Virus record (IMG/VR): IMGVR_UViG_3300042292_000979
Direction: 5' to 3' (one strand)
DNA from: a virus
Length of the DNA stretch: 64,000 bases
Shown here: positions 31,665 to 43,402 of the stretch, piece by piece
Position numbering within the stretch: the stretch's first letter is position 1
Layout: the number at the start of each line of letters is the position of its first letter
Notes under the pieces: model-generated
The model's input: only the letters and a program-made list of their open reading frames with translations
Database searches by the model: none
What the model was told of the DNA's origin: nothing
Translations under genes and position numbers: made by a program

Positions 31665-32882
31665 ATGTCTGAACAAACTTACTCTGTTATAAGAAAACAG
31701 ATAGTAAAAGCAAAAAACATGACCCATGCAAGAATGGTATCAGAAGGGTATGACAACTTTCCTGGCGAAGTACTACATGATGATTGTGAAATTATTGAAA
31801 CTGGAATAACAGAAGTGTGGAATGAAGAAGAGCAGGACGCTCAAATCTTCTTAGATAGTCATGAAGCTACGGCAGCTGATCAATCTATCTTTTTAAGATC
31901 TGAAAATAGACGTTTGGCTAAAATAGCTGAAAAAAATAAGAACGTAAAAGATGAAACAGTTTATGCAGTCTATCAAGCTGCATTCGATGCTTTTTCATCT
32001 ATAGAAACTGCTCCCATTAAGGGCCCAACACTTAAGGTGTTACCAGGTGTTCCTGAAACAGCAGTAGCAGTATTTGCGGATTGGCAGTTAGGTAAGATAA
32101 CTCCCGATTATAACTCTGAAGTTTTAGCAGAAAGAATAGAAGTTTATACTCAGAAACTGCTAGAAATAACAGAAATACAAAGGAAGCATCACCCTGTTAA
32201 GAATCTTCACGTATGGCTATTAGGCGATATCGTAGAGGGTGAAGAGATATTTCCAGGACAAGCTCACCTAATAGATTCTGGACTCTATAGGCAAGTAGGC
32301 GTTAACGGTCCAGCAATTCTAAGTAAGTTCTTTGACACCGTACTGCAGCACTTTGAGCACGTGCATGTTACTGGTGTGATAGGAAATCACGGTGCAGTAG
32401 GCGGACGCGGCAGGAAGATGCATGACCCAGAAACAAACATGGATAGACTCCTTTACAAGTCAATGGAATTCTTTTACAAAGAAGGAAGACAGGAGCCAAG
32501 AATAACCTTTAATATTCCAGATGGAAAAGGCGAAAGACATTGGTACGCTGTAGACACCATAGGTAACTATAGTTCCTTGCTAATTCATGGTGACCAAATG
32601 CCTGCACCAGGACAATATCATGGCTACTATAAGAGAGCAATGGGGTGGAAAGATGGCGCAATCCCAGAGCACTTCGAAGATATATTTATGGGCCACTATC
32701 ATCAGCAATTTAAAATGACCATAGGTAGCTCAATGCTCAGGGTCTCAGGTTCACCAGAAAGCTATAACACTTATGCTCAAGAGTATTTTTCCTCAATGAG
32801 CAGACCGTGTCAGCATTTGATGTTCGTTCACCCCGAGAATGGAGTTACTTGCGAATACAGTATTTGGCTAGATGCGGTTTAG
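31665..32882 (+). CDS. Calcineurin-like metallophosphoesterase
   Basis: DWQLG, GDIVEGE, GNHG, HGD and GHYH metal-binding motifs in order. Confidence 0.8.
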   Translation: MSEQTYSVIRKQIVKAKNMTHARMVSEGYDNFPGEVLHDDCEIIETGITEVWNEEEQDAQIFLDSHEATAADQSIFLRSENRRLAKIAEKNKNVKDETVYAVYQAAFDAFSSIETAPIKGPTLKVLPGVPETAVAVFADWQLGKITPDYNSEVLAERIEVYTQKLLEITEIQRKHHPVKNLHVWLLGDIVEGEEIFPGQAHLIDSGLYRQVGVNGPAILSKFFDTVLQHFEHVHVTGVIGNHGAVGGRGRKMHDPETNMDRLLYKSMEFFYKEGRQEPRITFNIPDGKGERHWYAVDTIGNYSSLLIHGDQMPAPGQYHGYYKRAMGWKDGAIPEHFEDIFMGHYHQQFKMTIGSSMLRVSGSPESYNTYAQEYFSSMSRPCQHLMFVHPENGVTCEYSIWLDAV

Positions 32883-32893
32883 GAGTTTAATAA

Positions 32894-35800
32894 ATGAAAA
32901 CCTATTTGTTAAGCTTTAACACTGGAGACTTCACTAAAAGTAATAATTTGTGGACCTCCAGTGTAATTGACCTTTACTCAAATAGATTTTATAAAAACTT
33001 TTCATACACTAGATCAGCTACTGGTTTAAATTCACTAGGTGATTACATTTACACTGGAACTAATGTAATACAGGGCGCTACTCCAACTATAGAAGGAGCC
33101 TATGCAGTTACTGATACTGGTGAATTATATCAGGATCCTGGCGTAAGCCCCCATTTATACTTTAATTCAAATTCAGTTAGCGGTGACAATTTTGTATTTG
33201 ATCCAGACAATAATTCAACACCAATTTTTACAGCTGACTTAGTAGAAGATTACCTCTACAGGTTTATAGATACAACATCTCGTATTGATATAAGAACTTT
33301 TAAAGGAGCTTTTTCTAGTTCTTTAAATAGTATTGAATCAATTACTTTTGATTTAAATATATACGAATCAGATAGTCAAAATCGGACCATGGCTGTTAGC
33401 GGTAACTACAACTTCTAACGCTCTAGGATCAATACTTCTATCAAAAGATGTAAAGCGCTATGCAAAATTTGAGGTAGTGGTAAATACAGAGCTAGAAGTA
33501 TTAACTTCTTTAAGCTTTCTTCTTATAATAGAAGTAGCCATATCGGAACCTTCTAATCCAGTACTCTCACGTTCAACAAAAAATGTATTAGGGAGATTCC
33601 CTTCGTGGATGCATTTATATGAAGACTCAGTAGAGCAGGCTACCCCCAGTTTATATGTACCAAAATCAACGGCTGGCAAATTTTTAAATGCAGTTGTTGG
33701 TGAAGACCTAGATGATTTTGACAGAGAAATAGATATATTTAGAATTAACTCTTTTATAGAAAGAGCTGACGTTAATCAGTTAGCTTGGTTGTATTCTTCC
33801 ACAAACGTAACAAACGTATTCAGTAAGGTATTATCTAATCAACTTTTGGAACTTGCAAGAGTTGATAACCTTGTTGATTTCTATAAGTCAAAAACATCTG
33901 ATGATGTTTTTTTTCATAACCCTTTAAACAGAGAAATTCTAACAATAAAAGAATATGGAGATCTCTCAGTAAAGAGTGAAAACACTGGAATTTCAACTCC
34001 TTTAACTCAAAAACCAGTATTGAGATACAATTGGTTTGACGAAATGGGTGCAAGAGTTGGTCTGTTTAGAATGCATCTTGAATCGAACGCTTCCTATAAG
34101 GAAAGAATTTTAGACGTATTTAAGAATCCAAATGGCGCAGATATAGAATCATTTAAAAAAGTTCTTAGAAGAGAGTTGAATCTTTGGAAAGCTTTTGGTG
34201 CCACTCCATCTTCTAGTTACCCAGGCGCTACACCTGAAATTTTAGAAATATCAGATATAGAATATTCAACTCCATATTTTACCGCAGATGGTAATCCAAC
34301 TGATTTATTTAAAAAACTAGTAGATGATTTAAATGTAAGATATCCTACCAATTGGGGATATTTTAGATTTGGAGATAGCATTTGGGATTACGCTGGAGAG
34401 AATAATGAAGGCGTTAATAGAATTCGCTCTAGATACTATGATGAAGAAATTGCAATACCATATTATCAACCAGGAGTTGGAGACTTAAATGACGCTGAAT
34501 TATTTGTCACTAACTACGATGCAACTCCTCAGTTTTTTGAAACTTCAATAGTTGCCAAGGGCAAGAAAAATGTTAGCACTTCTTTAAAGTATGAACCAGT
34601 AAAACTTCAGTATGAGTATTATGGTTCCTATGAAATTACCGAATACAATAATCCAGCAGCTACCGTAAATCTAACTCTTGAATTCAGTGCTACCCCGCAC
34701 GGGTCATATGCAACGCCAATAACATTTTTTGCACCGCTCACATTCTATCCAAAGAATAATTTTGGTCCAACTCACTCAGCTTACCCGGAATATAATTCTA
34801 TAGAAATATTTGATACAGAAGGATATGTTTCATCAAAATATTCACTAAAAGAAAAACAAACATTATCTGGATATAAAGATACAAAAAGTTCAATTAACAC
34901 ATCTAGATTAGAAGTATCTGAAATAGAAAACATAGTTATTAAAAATGGATTATGGAATGGCTCAACTTATGCAACGCCAAACTCTAATAACTTTGAAGCA
35001 AAGTTTTCTCATAGAACTGCAAATCTAATAAGCAGTACGACGTTATTATCAGCAACACCAAACTTTGCCCAAAGTACGCAACTGCAACTTCTTTCAAAAC
35101 TATACAATCCAGTTCAAGTAACCAAATATACAACTCCTCAAGAGTCTGAAATAGTTATCAACAACGTTGCCACGCCACCGAGTGGTTATTCGATTGATCA
35201 TGATAGGATTGTATCTAATATAATAATGCCAGTGGGAGCAACACCAAGGCAGATATTTATTAATAACCTAAAACCAACAAGCGTAGATCTAGATTACCTT
35301 GATGACAATTCAGCTTTTTCTGGCTATGGTGGTGTTTCTTATTATTTAGAAACTGACAGAGAAGTATTCATTCCATCTTCACCTAACTTAAGCATAAGAT
35401 TTAACAGTTCAAATCTTGCAACACCTAGTTCAAACGCTAAAATTGGAACAACTACAGTAAACGGATCTGCCGCAACTGCATCATATTACTTTACTCAACT
35501 TAGCTATCCATATACCAGTACTCCGAATTCACTTACGGTATCAACTCAAGATAGCTCAATCTATCCATTTGAGATAGTTAATTGGGATCCTTTTGAGTTA
35601 ACACATGCTTCTCCTATCTCTGGATACGTTGATGAATATGGGGTAATCAGTTATAACTCCTTAAATGGTGAATATGTTCCAGGAAAAAATAGTAATTATA
35701 TTTCATTACCAGAATTAACAAGAGAAGGTTTTGGCCTGTCTGGTTCTGAAAAGTTTAAATACTTCTTTGAAACAATTGAAGTTTTAGATCCTGAATCTGT

Positions 35801-37673
35801 AAATGTATCAGTTTGGTCAGAACAAAAAATCGTTAATCCATTTTTAAATAGAACGTATGTTCTTGAGTCGAACGGTATATCTAACATCTATCAAGATGCT
35901 AATTACACTACGAAGAGTTTAAGATATCCAGATAATTCTATTTCTGAGTCATATGACCTAGAAAGAAATACTACGGTATTTAACAACTTTATAGTTAGAG
36001 GAAAATTATACGACGCAAAATTAGATGCCAGAATTAATACTGGTTGGATTCACCTAGACAATAATGAATATTACGTCTACGCTAAGCCGGTAACTGAGGT
36101 TAAAACTGGAATACTAAAAGAGGTAACATTAGCCAATGCACCTAGGCAAGGTGCTCCGGTTATGGTAAATGTTTCTTTAGTTGGTTCAGCAACTCCTGAA
36201 ATTTATACTGAGGTGGGATTTCCTCATGAGTCTTCTCCAAGGCATTTTGGATTTGAAAATACAGAAACGTTACAGCCTAAGTTTGATAATAGCTTTCATC
36301 TTGGTTATAAAAATGTTTATAATCTTTCTATTACAGATGGTTACACTGGAGAGCTTCTATTCAGCAATCTTTCAACAAATAATTCATTTATTAAGTTAGA
36401 TAAATCTACATATGAATTTAAAAAAGATAGAGACTATTACATAAAATATAAGGTTGTTAATTCATATTATGTAGATAATATCCTTGATGGTTCTTCATAT
36501 TATTCAAAGATAGTTTTTGATGCTACTCCTAACGCCACAATGAACTATGAGATCACATATGAATCTTCAATATATCAAGACTCAACACCTCTTGATTTAA
36601 ATTTTGGACAAACAAGTTCACTCCTAGACAAAGGTTACGTAATTGCATCAAGTGCAACTTATGACTTTGATAGAATAAAGGTAGTTGTTTCGCCAGGTTA
36701 TATTTTGGATGATGGAAATGATTATATAACCGTAAGCATAATTTCTTTAGATACTGAAGGAAATCCAAAGCCTTATCAAAGCTTTGTCCTTTATTCTATA
36801 TATCATAATTTAACTTTTGATAGCCCTATCATAACCACAGATGATGAAGGATTTGCTTCCGTAAACGCAGTTTACGATTTTGGTTACATAACCCACAAGA
36901 ACAAGGCTATGATTGTAATCGTTGGCGCAGAAAACCCAAGCAATCCATTAGCTCATCCTGATAGTGATACTGATGGATTTAGTTATGGTGAATGGATTTC
37001 TATATATTCTTCTAGGGTTGAAGATTCAACACTATTAGCATCTGCAAATCCAGACATAATAAGTGCTGACGGAGTATCGTCTACAACGATATCTGGAATA
37101 CTAACAATCAACAATGCTCCAAGTGAAAACGCTGTAATTTATTGGAGAAAATCTAGAGACTTATACTCAACTTTAAACAGTGTATCATACAGTAATTCAG
37201 TTTCTACTCCAGACAAAAATAGTGTTTCAGGTATCGTTTACGCAGACAGTAATGGAAAATTTGAAATAGGTCCAATACCTTCTCAGGATAGAGCTACACC
37301 GGGATATTGGTTTATGGCTATCGATTCTGAGTTAGCCTCAACTCCATCTTCAACCCCAAATACATCAGTTGGCGATGTTCTATTCTGGTACGAATCTTAC
37401 GATAATGTAGACATCAATTTTGTGCCTGGATTAAAGATACCTGATATAATTAATCATGATATTAGTAAATCATTGGATATATATTCTACTCCAACGTTTA
37501 GAATTAGTTACTATAATGAAAACATAGTAGACAATACTGGATCAACGCCTAGATGGACGCCGCCACAATGGCTGCCAATTCCGAGATACGACCAGTACCA
37601 AGCTGGATATTTTGGTGCAACCCCATATGTTATTTCAGATTACTCTAACTTAATAAAGGATTATGAGGATTAA
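32894..37673 (+). CDS. Large baseplate/tail structural protein (~1592 aa) with Ig-like C-terminal region, needs +1 shift at CGGA 33383-33386
   Basis: ORF 32894..33418 joins ORF 33477..37673; wedge-like FDEMGARVGLFR...ESNASYKERIL; Big-like ANPDIISADGVSSTTISG. Confidence 0.65.
33383..33386 (+). other. +1 recoding site 7 (AAT CGGA CCA)
   Basis: In-frame CGG is codon 164; 0-frame TAA 11 codons later; +1 frame open into ORF 33477. Confidence 0.75.
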
Positions 37674-37675
37674 TT

Positions 37676-40600
37676 GTGGATAAGTTTAATTTAAATATTG
37701 ACAACAGTAGTCAAAAAAAGATAAGAAAAGTAAATAATTTACCACTAGATAATTCCTCAACCGCTTTAGCTTGGTTCAATTCAAAGCCAGTAACTCCAGC
37801 AAATAACATTTCAGTAACAGATTTGTCCAATTTTATACCAGAGAATTCGTACTCCTCAAACATCAATGCTTCAAATAGATCTGCAAAAAATAAAATAGTT
37901 TTTGCCAATGAACTAGGCATACTAGAAGATTCAGATGGCTATACCGTATTTGATTCAGACGACATCAGCGTAAGTGATATATTTTTAAATGAACCTGGAT
38001 TAGATAAGAAATACTACACTGGAGATATAGAAAAAAATGGATTTGTTCATTCTTTTTATGTTTCTAGATACTACACGCTCCTACCAAGGAGCTCTTACGG
38101 GTATGATGGACTTGATGATTTCTTACTAGAATCTAGTGTTCCAAAATCAATTAAGGTCATTGATAAAAATGGTTTTGAGTATGTAGATCAATCTACTGGC
38201 TTAAAAAAATATAGAATATTAATTGAGGAATTAGATTTACCAATCTATTCAAATAGATCCAACTTACCTTCTAAGATAATAGTTTTATTTGATAGCCCAT
38301 CTCCAGTGGATTTATCATTGGTTTATGACAAGGTTGTACTATCTTCAACTGAGTCAATATCTTCAACAGTTCCTCAATATAAAGAAAATATTAACACTGT
38401 TAGTATTTTTGATAGAGTTGCAGAGGAATCAATTGTTGTAGATAATTCTTCTAGATCAAAAAAAATATATAGCAAAAAATCTATTACAGCAAAAAATAAT
38501 TTAATCAATAGCACCAATGCTAGAGCAGAAGGCTTTGAGATCTTTGTCCCTAAAAAAGCCTTATCAGACAATAGAACTTATGAGTCTTTTAACTGGAGAT
38601 TAATAACTAAGGTTAAAAGATCCGTCGATGTTTCCTCTGTAAATAATGGTGAAGAAATAGATTCAGAAAGTTCTATAAAACAAAAAGTAATTAACTGCGC
38701 AGTACTATCAACAACAGCACAGATAGCTGGCATGCAACAGTCTAATGACTTTGGCGCAGCAAACCCGTATGCCTTTCTAAGGTTAGGGCAGTCCCCATTT
38801 AACGCATCTAAGTACACATATACGAACCCACTATCGGCATCTAGCGATGTCTATGGTAAGAATCAAGCAATGTATTGGCTGTTAAACGTAGACACTGTTA
38901 CCGATGATCAGCTGTCTTTATACGATATAGTAACTTGGACTCCTAGTTCCCCAATAACAGCAGAACAGGGTCTAAAGGTAAAGAAGTACCTAGAGCAGAC
39001 TCAGGGAACACTGGTATTAGATTTATCAAAGCTTTCCGTTGTAACAACACAGGCAATTGATTATACTGGCGCACAATCAATAGATCCATCCTTATCGGTC
39101 AGTGCCCAGGAATATCCGCTAGATACATGGACTTATAATCAGGAAAATATTTTTCTTAATGAAAATAAAACTAATGCCTGGCCAATTAACCCAGGTATTT
39201 TTGAAAGATTAACTGTAGACAATGTTAACTACGATGTATATTCAATATTTGGAAGAAGCAATCTTTCTAATCTTACAACTAAAAAAACAGTAAAAGAATT
39301 TACTGGAAATATTGCAGCCAATAATGTTGTATTAAGCAATTCTAGAAGCAAGCCAGTATTCGTTAGTTTAGAATTTATCCCATCCACTGATTCGCTGTCT
39401 AAAGGCGCACTATTGGCTACAACCACACCGATGCTTAAGTATTGCAATGACATATACCAACCATCTTCTATCTTTGATATAGCAACAAGTAACAATGGTC
39501 CAACTAGCATAGCTCAAGCTACGTTTACTACTGTAGCAGCAATAGAAGGTCCAATGAAAATGCTATACAATGCATGTTCGGTTGCATTGTTAAATAGAAT
39601 ATTTTCAACTAAGGTTAAAGATCTAAGATCGTCAATGTACTATCAGGTTTCAAATTGGCAATCTTCATATGTATTAAATGGAAACGTTTTATTGGAAGAC
39701 GAGAAAAAAGAAGTATATTCTCTTATTAAGGTAGACAATCAAAATGCTGTTGGAACCTCAAAGTATGCAAGGAATTTAATCCCAAGTAATTCTTCAGTGT
39801 TAGAATTTTACAAAAAATCTATTTATGACTTTTTAGCTGATCAACACAGTATCTCTTTGCAAGAAATTGATTCTAGTAATTTAGAATTTTTTATAGAGAT
39901 AACAAATAATGACGTAGAAATCGCAAACGCTACTCCGATAAAAGGTGGAGATCGTATTTACGCAGCCGTTGTACAAAGTGGTACAGAGATACCAACTTCT
40001 TATAATCTATTTAAGATAAACAACGATAGCATTACTGGGGCAGTTTATGCGTATACTAATTCTCCATCAGCTCAATTCACTGTGCCCGGTGGCTTTGGTC
40101 CTTACGTTATAAGAGAAAGACTATATAGATCATCGACTAAAGAAATAAATGATGGACTTTCTAGTTCGATATCTTCATCTAATAGTTATAAAAATTATAC
40201 GTTTAATTTTTCTATCTTTAATTCTTATAATCAGTCAAGTGAATCAACGCTAAGCTTTAGTGCAAATTGGTCAGCAGTTATGACCGCAGAATATACAGCA
40301 ACACTATCAAGACAAGCAAGATATGAAGATGTTTTTCCACCTGGTTCCAAAAGGGAAGTAGATGATGTTGCCATTACTACTACTTTTGAGACTGGAGCAG
40401 CATTCTCTGGAGCAGATAGAATTGATGCTTATAGGCAGGGAATAAATAGTAACGATCCAGTTAATAACTTCTTATACACCGGAGATATACAACAAGGTAA
40501 TATCATCGGAGCATATGGAGAAAATAAACCCAATATGCTTCCAGATTATATTAAATATATACAGATAAGTATGAGGGAAGCCGGGATATTGGTTGCTGGA

Positions 40601-43402
40601 AAACTTCCAGAATTAAGTGGACAGTTTAAAGCAAACACACGAAATGCAGTTTTGGCTTTTCAGGCATCAGTCAATGCAAGATATGAAAACGGAACGGTTG
40701 ATAGCGAAACTAAGTCATTAATCGCAATTCATATTTGGAAATCTATAAAGAATTCTGATCCAACCCGATATAGTGCAATAATAGCTAGGTTACAAGTAAA
40801 TAATCCAACAGTTGTTAAGTATGTTGTAGCAGCCGCAGATGCGATAGAGTTACATGATCTTCCTAATAGAGATTGGAATTATAGAAAAATAACATATACT
40901 GGTCAATCTGGTCCTAAAAAATTAGTAGATTCAATATTTTTTGCAGTTCCATTTGATCAAATTTCAATTGATGGAATAGTACAACAGGATTTAAAAAATC
41001 AAGTTCTTAAATCTGTAACCATATGGCCTGGAGCATTTGCGGGTGCACCAGACTATAAGGGAATAGCTCTCAAGCAGGCAGTAGTCTATTCTGGGATAGA
41101 CATGGCTGGCAAAAATATAATTAAAGGCGCTGCAAAATATACAACTGAGAAATTTACAATTGAAGTTAATAGGCCAATGGCAGAGTGTATGTTCTTCGCT
41201 TTCCAATTCAATGGTGGTCCGCTGGGAGGAAAATATGGTTCATTTGCTGAAGGGTATTCTTTAAATAAGGTTGTGTTTGAAATTGGTTACACGCTAGATA
41301 CGTTTAATGCTCAAACAATAGTCGAAAGTGGTTATAGATTAGATACGACTACAGCTCCAGTAGAAATAAAGTTTAATATAGCTGGATCAGTTACTGGTAT
41401 ATCTCCAAACAAAGCTGAGATTATAGATCTAAATGGTGTTAAGTCCACCAAGTATGCAACAACTCCAGTATCTATAACATATCCTACATGGTCTGGGGAA
41501 AAAACTTTAAACCTATCAAATACCACGATTAACTTTAGCAGCACTTCATACAGTCCGCCATTTACACCTTACTCTGATTCTAATTTAGAGCCTCAGTACA
41601 AAGATGAATCTATATCAATAAACTTAACACAGACAAAAACAGTTTCAATAAACTCAAATACTTTTGCTGTTGCTAATGTTGTTTCAGCGACTGGAAACCC
41701 AGTAAATAGTTCAGATTTAAGTTTAAGTATTTCTTCAAATAAATTAGTTTTCGAGACTTCATCTCTTATATATGAAAATTCAAACGTAATCAAAAGCGCT
41801 GAGAAGCTTTTAGATAATTACTGGTTAATGAAAACAGATGGTTCAATAATAAAGTCAGCTAAAAAAGCAATTTCTGTTTTAGATGGTTTAGTTCTTTTAA
41901 CTCAACCAAGTTTAGACCCAGATAAAGTTGGCAAACCATATGGCATAGAACTTCAATCTTTTGTAAATACTCTTTCTACTGATCGAGAATTTAATACAGA
42001 TTATGGATCTTTTATATTAACAAATAACGCTAGAGATGATGGTGGTTTCCTTTATGGATTCTATGATAATAAGAAAAAAGAATTTTTAGGAACGAATCTT
42101 TATTATGTAGACTATATTTCAAGAGGTCCACAAAATGTATACATTGCTGCACTAGCAGTAGATGCAGATGGAAATCTTGGAAATGGATTAGACTTCTTTG
42201 GACCAAAGACTTCTGGTAAAATAATACCTTCTTCCATACCCGTAAAAATGGCATGTCCTATATACAATGTTGAATATGTTCCATCATCAAGAATAGGCAT
42301 ATCATCGATCCCGCCAAATCTTTCAAAGCTTCAGCAGTGGCCACTGTATATAACATCTGGATCTTTCACAAAAGACATATACATAAACCCAGCTTATGGT
42401 TGGACTTCTTGGGCTGAGAAGTACACAGGCAAAGTGCTAAGAGCTACGTATTCAACTTTAAATATGAGTAACGTAATCTGGTCTCAGATCGCCGGCAAAC
42501 CATATATTACTATAATTAATGAAACACCAATAGTTTTATCATCTAAGAGATATCAGTTAATGCAAGTCCCTATAGCCACCTTTGTGGAACCTTCGCAGAT
42601 GGAATGTGGATCAGTAGTTAACTGGGTTGATTTTGAAACAAGAGAATCAGTTGACTCACCATGGACGGCAGTAGATTCAAGCCTCATAAGAAATATTAAT
42701 TCTCAGACTGGAATAGTTGATTTCATTACACCCATAACGAGTGACCCAGATCTAATAAGGGTAAGCTACACTGCTAAATCAAATGGTATTCCACTCAAGC
42801 AAATTAACGGCAGAGTTATTCCATTAAATCCATTTCTTAATAAAAATACAGTAGAAGCAGAAAAGCCTCTACACATATATATTAAACCCGTAAGGATAGA
42901 AGTTAGAAGCTCCAGTCAGGATGGGTATGTATGGGATTACGTTAGCGATTACTCATATGATTCTCCAATAGATTTTACTTATAATACTTCTATTTTTGAT
43001 CCATATAATAGCGTTAACTATGATCCATTTTCTCTTCAAATAGGGTTAGTCCATGTGTTAAATTCTGTAGATATTAAAGATTTAGCTATTGAAGATTTAA
43101 GATTAAAAGGTGGAGGATTAAAGGCTACTATGGGTAAGACTATAGACGTACAGTCTTATGGATCGCTCGACATAAACAAGGTCTTTAAAGAGGTTAAAGA
43201 AGCATCGTCATTCTGGGACGTTTATCCACCAGATCAGCAAGCATACTCTAAGGGCGGATTCATTATAATCAAACTGCCAAAAGAAGTATTAAATAATTTT
43301 ACTAGTGAAGCAGAGTTGTACGGTATAATAAGTAAGAACATAACCGCTGGTGTAGCATATAAGATTCAAGATATGGAAGGAAATGATTGGGGTGTATTAT
43401 AA
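37676..43402 (+). CDS. Large virion structural protein (1908 aa) with internal peptidoglycan-binding-like domain
   Basis: IKYIQ...SGQFKANTRNAVLAFQ...GTVDSETK resembles PG_binding_1; lies in the tail module. Confidence 0.55.
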   Translation: MDKFNLNIDNSSQKKIRKVNNLPLDNSSTALAWFNSKPVTPANNISVTDLSNFIPENSYSSNINASNRSAKNKIVFANELGILEDSDGYTVFDSDDISVSDIFLNEPGLDKKYYTGDIEKNGFVHSFYVSRYYTLLPRSSYGYDGLDDFLLESSVPKSIKVIDKNGFEYVDQSTGLKKYRILIEELDLPIYSNRSNLPSKIIVLFDSPSPVDLSLVYDKVVLSSTESISSTVPQYKENINTVSIFDRVAEESIVVDNSSRSKKIYSKKSITAKNNLINSTNARAEGFEIFVPKKALSDNRTYESFNWRLITKVKRSVDVSSVNNGEEIDSESSIKQKVINCAVLSTTAQIAGMQQSNDFGAANPYAFLRLGQSPFNASKYTYTNPLSASSDVYGKNQAMYWLLNVDTVTDDQLSLYDIVTWTPSSPITAEQGLKVKKYLEQTQGTLVLDLSKLSVVTTQAIDYTGAQSIDPSLSVSAQEYPLDTWTYNQENIFLNENKTNAWPINPGIFERLTVDNVNYDVYSIFGRSNLSNLTTKKTVKEFTGNIAANNVVLSNSRSKPVFVSLEFIPSTDSLSKGALLATTTPMLKYCNDIYQPSSIFDIATSNNGPTSIAQATFTTVAAIEGPMKMLYNACSVALLNRIFSTKVKDLRSSMYYQVSNWQSSYVLNGNVLLEDEKKEVYSLIKVDNQNAVGTSKYARNLIPSNSSVLEFYKKSIYDFLADQHSISLQEIDSSNLEFFIEITNNDVEIANATPIKGGDRIYAAVVQSGTEIPTSYNLFKINNDSITGAVYAYTNSPSAQFTVPGGFGPYVIRERLYRSSTKEINDGLSSSISSSNSYKNYTFNFSIFNSYNQSSESTLSFSANWSAVMTAEYTATLSRQARYEDVFPPGSKREVDDVAITTTFETGAAFSGADRIDAYRQGINSNDPVNNFLYTGDIQQGNIIGAYGENKPNMLPDYIKYIQISMREAGILVAGKLPELSGQFKANTRNAVLAFQASVNARYENGTVDSETKSLIAIHIWKSIKNSDPTRYSAIIARLQVNNPTVVKYVVAAADAIELHDLPNRDWNYRKITYTGQSGPKKLVDSIFFAVPFDQISIDGIVQQDLKNQVLKSVTIWPGAFAGAPDYKGIALKQAVVYSGIDMAGKNIIKGAAKYTTEKFTIEVNRPMAECMFFAFQFNGGPLGGKYGSFAEGYSLNKVVFEIGYTLDTFNAQTIVESGYRLDTTTAPVEIKFNIAGSVTGISPNKAEIIDLNGVKSTKYATTPVSITYPTWSGEKTLNLSNTTINFSSTSYSPPFTPYSDSNLEPQYKDESISINLTQTKTVSINSNTFAVANVVSATGNPVNSSDLSLSISSNKLVFETSSLIYENSNVIKSAEKLLDNYWLMKTDGSIIKSAKKAISVLDGLVLLTQPSLDPDKVGKPYGIELQSFVNTLSTDREFNTDYGSFILTNNARDDGGFLYGFYDNKKKEFLGTNLYYVDYISRGPQNVYIAALAVDADGNLGNGLDFFGPKTSGKIIPSSIPVKMACPIYNVEYVPSSRIGISSIPPNLSKLQQWPLYITSGSFTKDIYINPAYGWTSWAEKYTGKVLRATYSTLNMSNVIWSQIAGKPYITIINETPIVLSSKRYQLMQVPIATFVEPSQMECGSVVNWVDFETRESVDSPWTAVDSSLIRNINSQTGIVDFITPITSDPDLIRVSYTAKSNGIPLKQINGRVIPLNPFLNKNTVEAEKPLHIYIKPVRIEVRSSSQDGYVWDYVSDYSYDSPIDFTYNTSIFDPYNSVNYDPFSLQIGLVHVLNSVDIKDLAIEDLRLKGGGLKATMGKTIDVQSYGSLDINKVFKEVKEASSFWDVYPPDQQAYSKGGFIIIKLPKEVLNNFTSEAELYGIISKNITAGVAYKIQDMEGNDWGVL

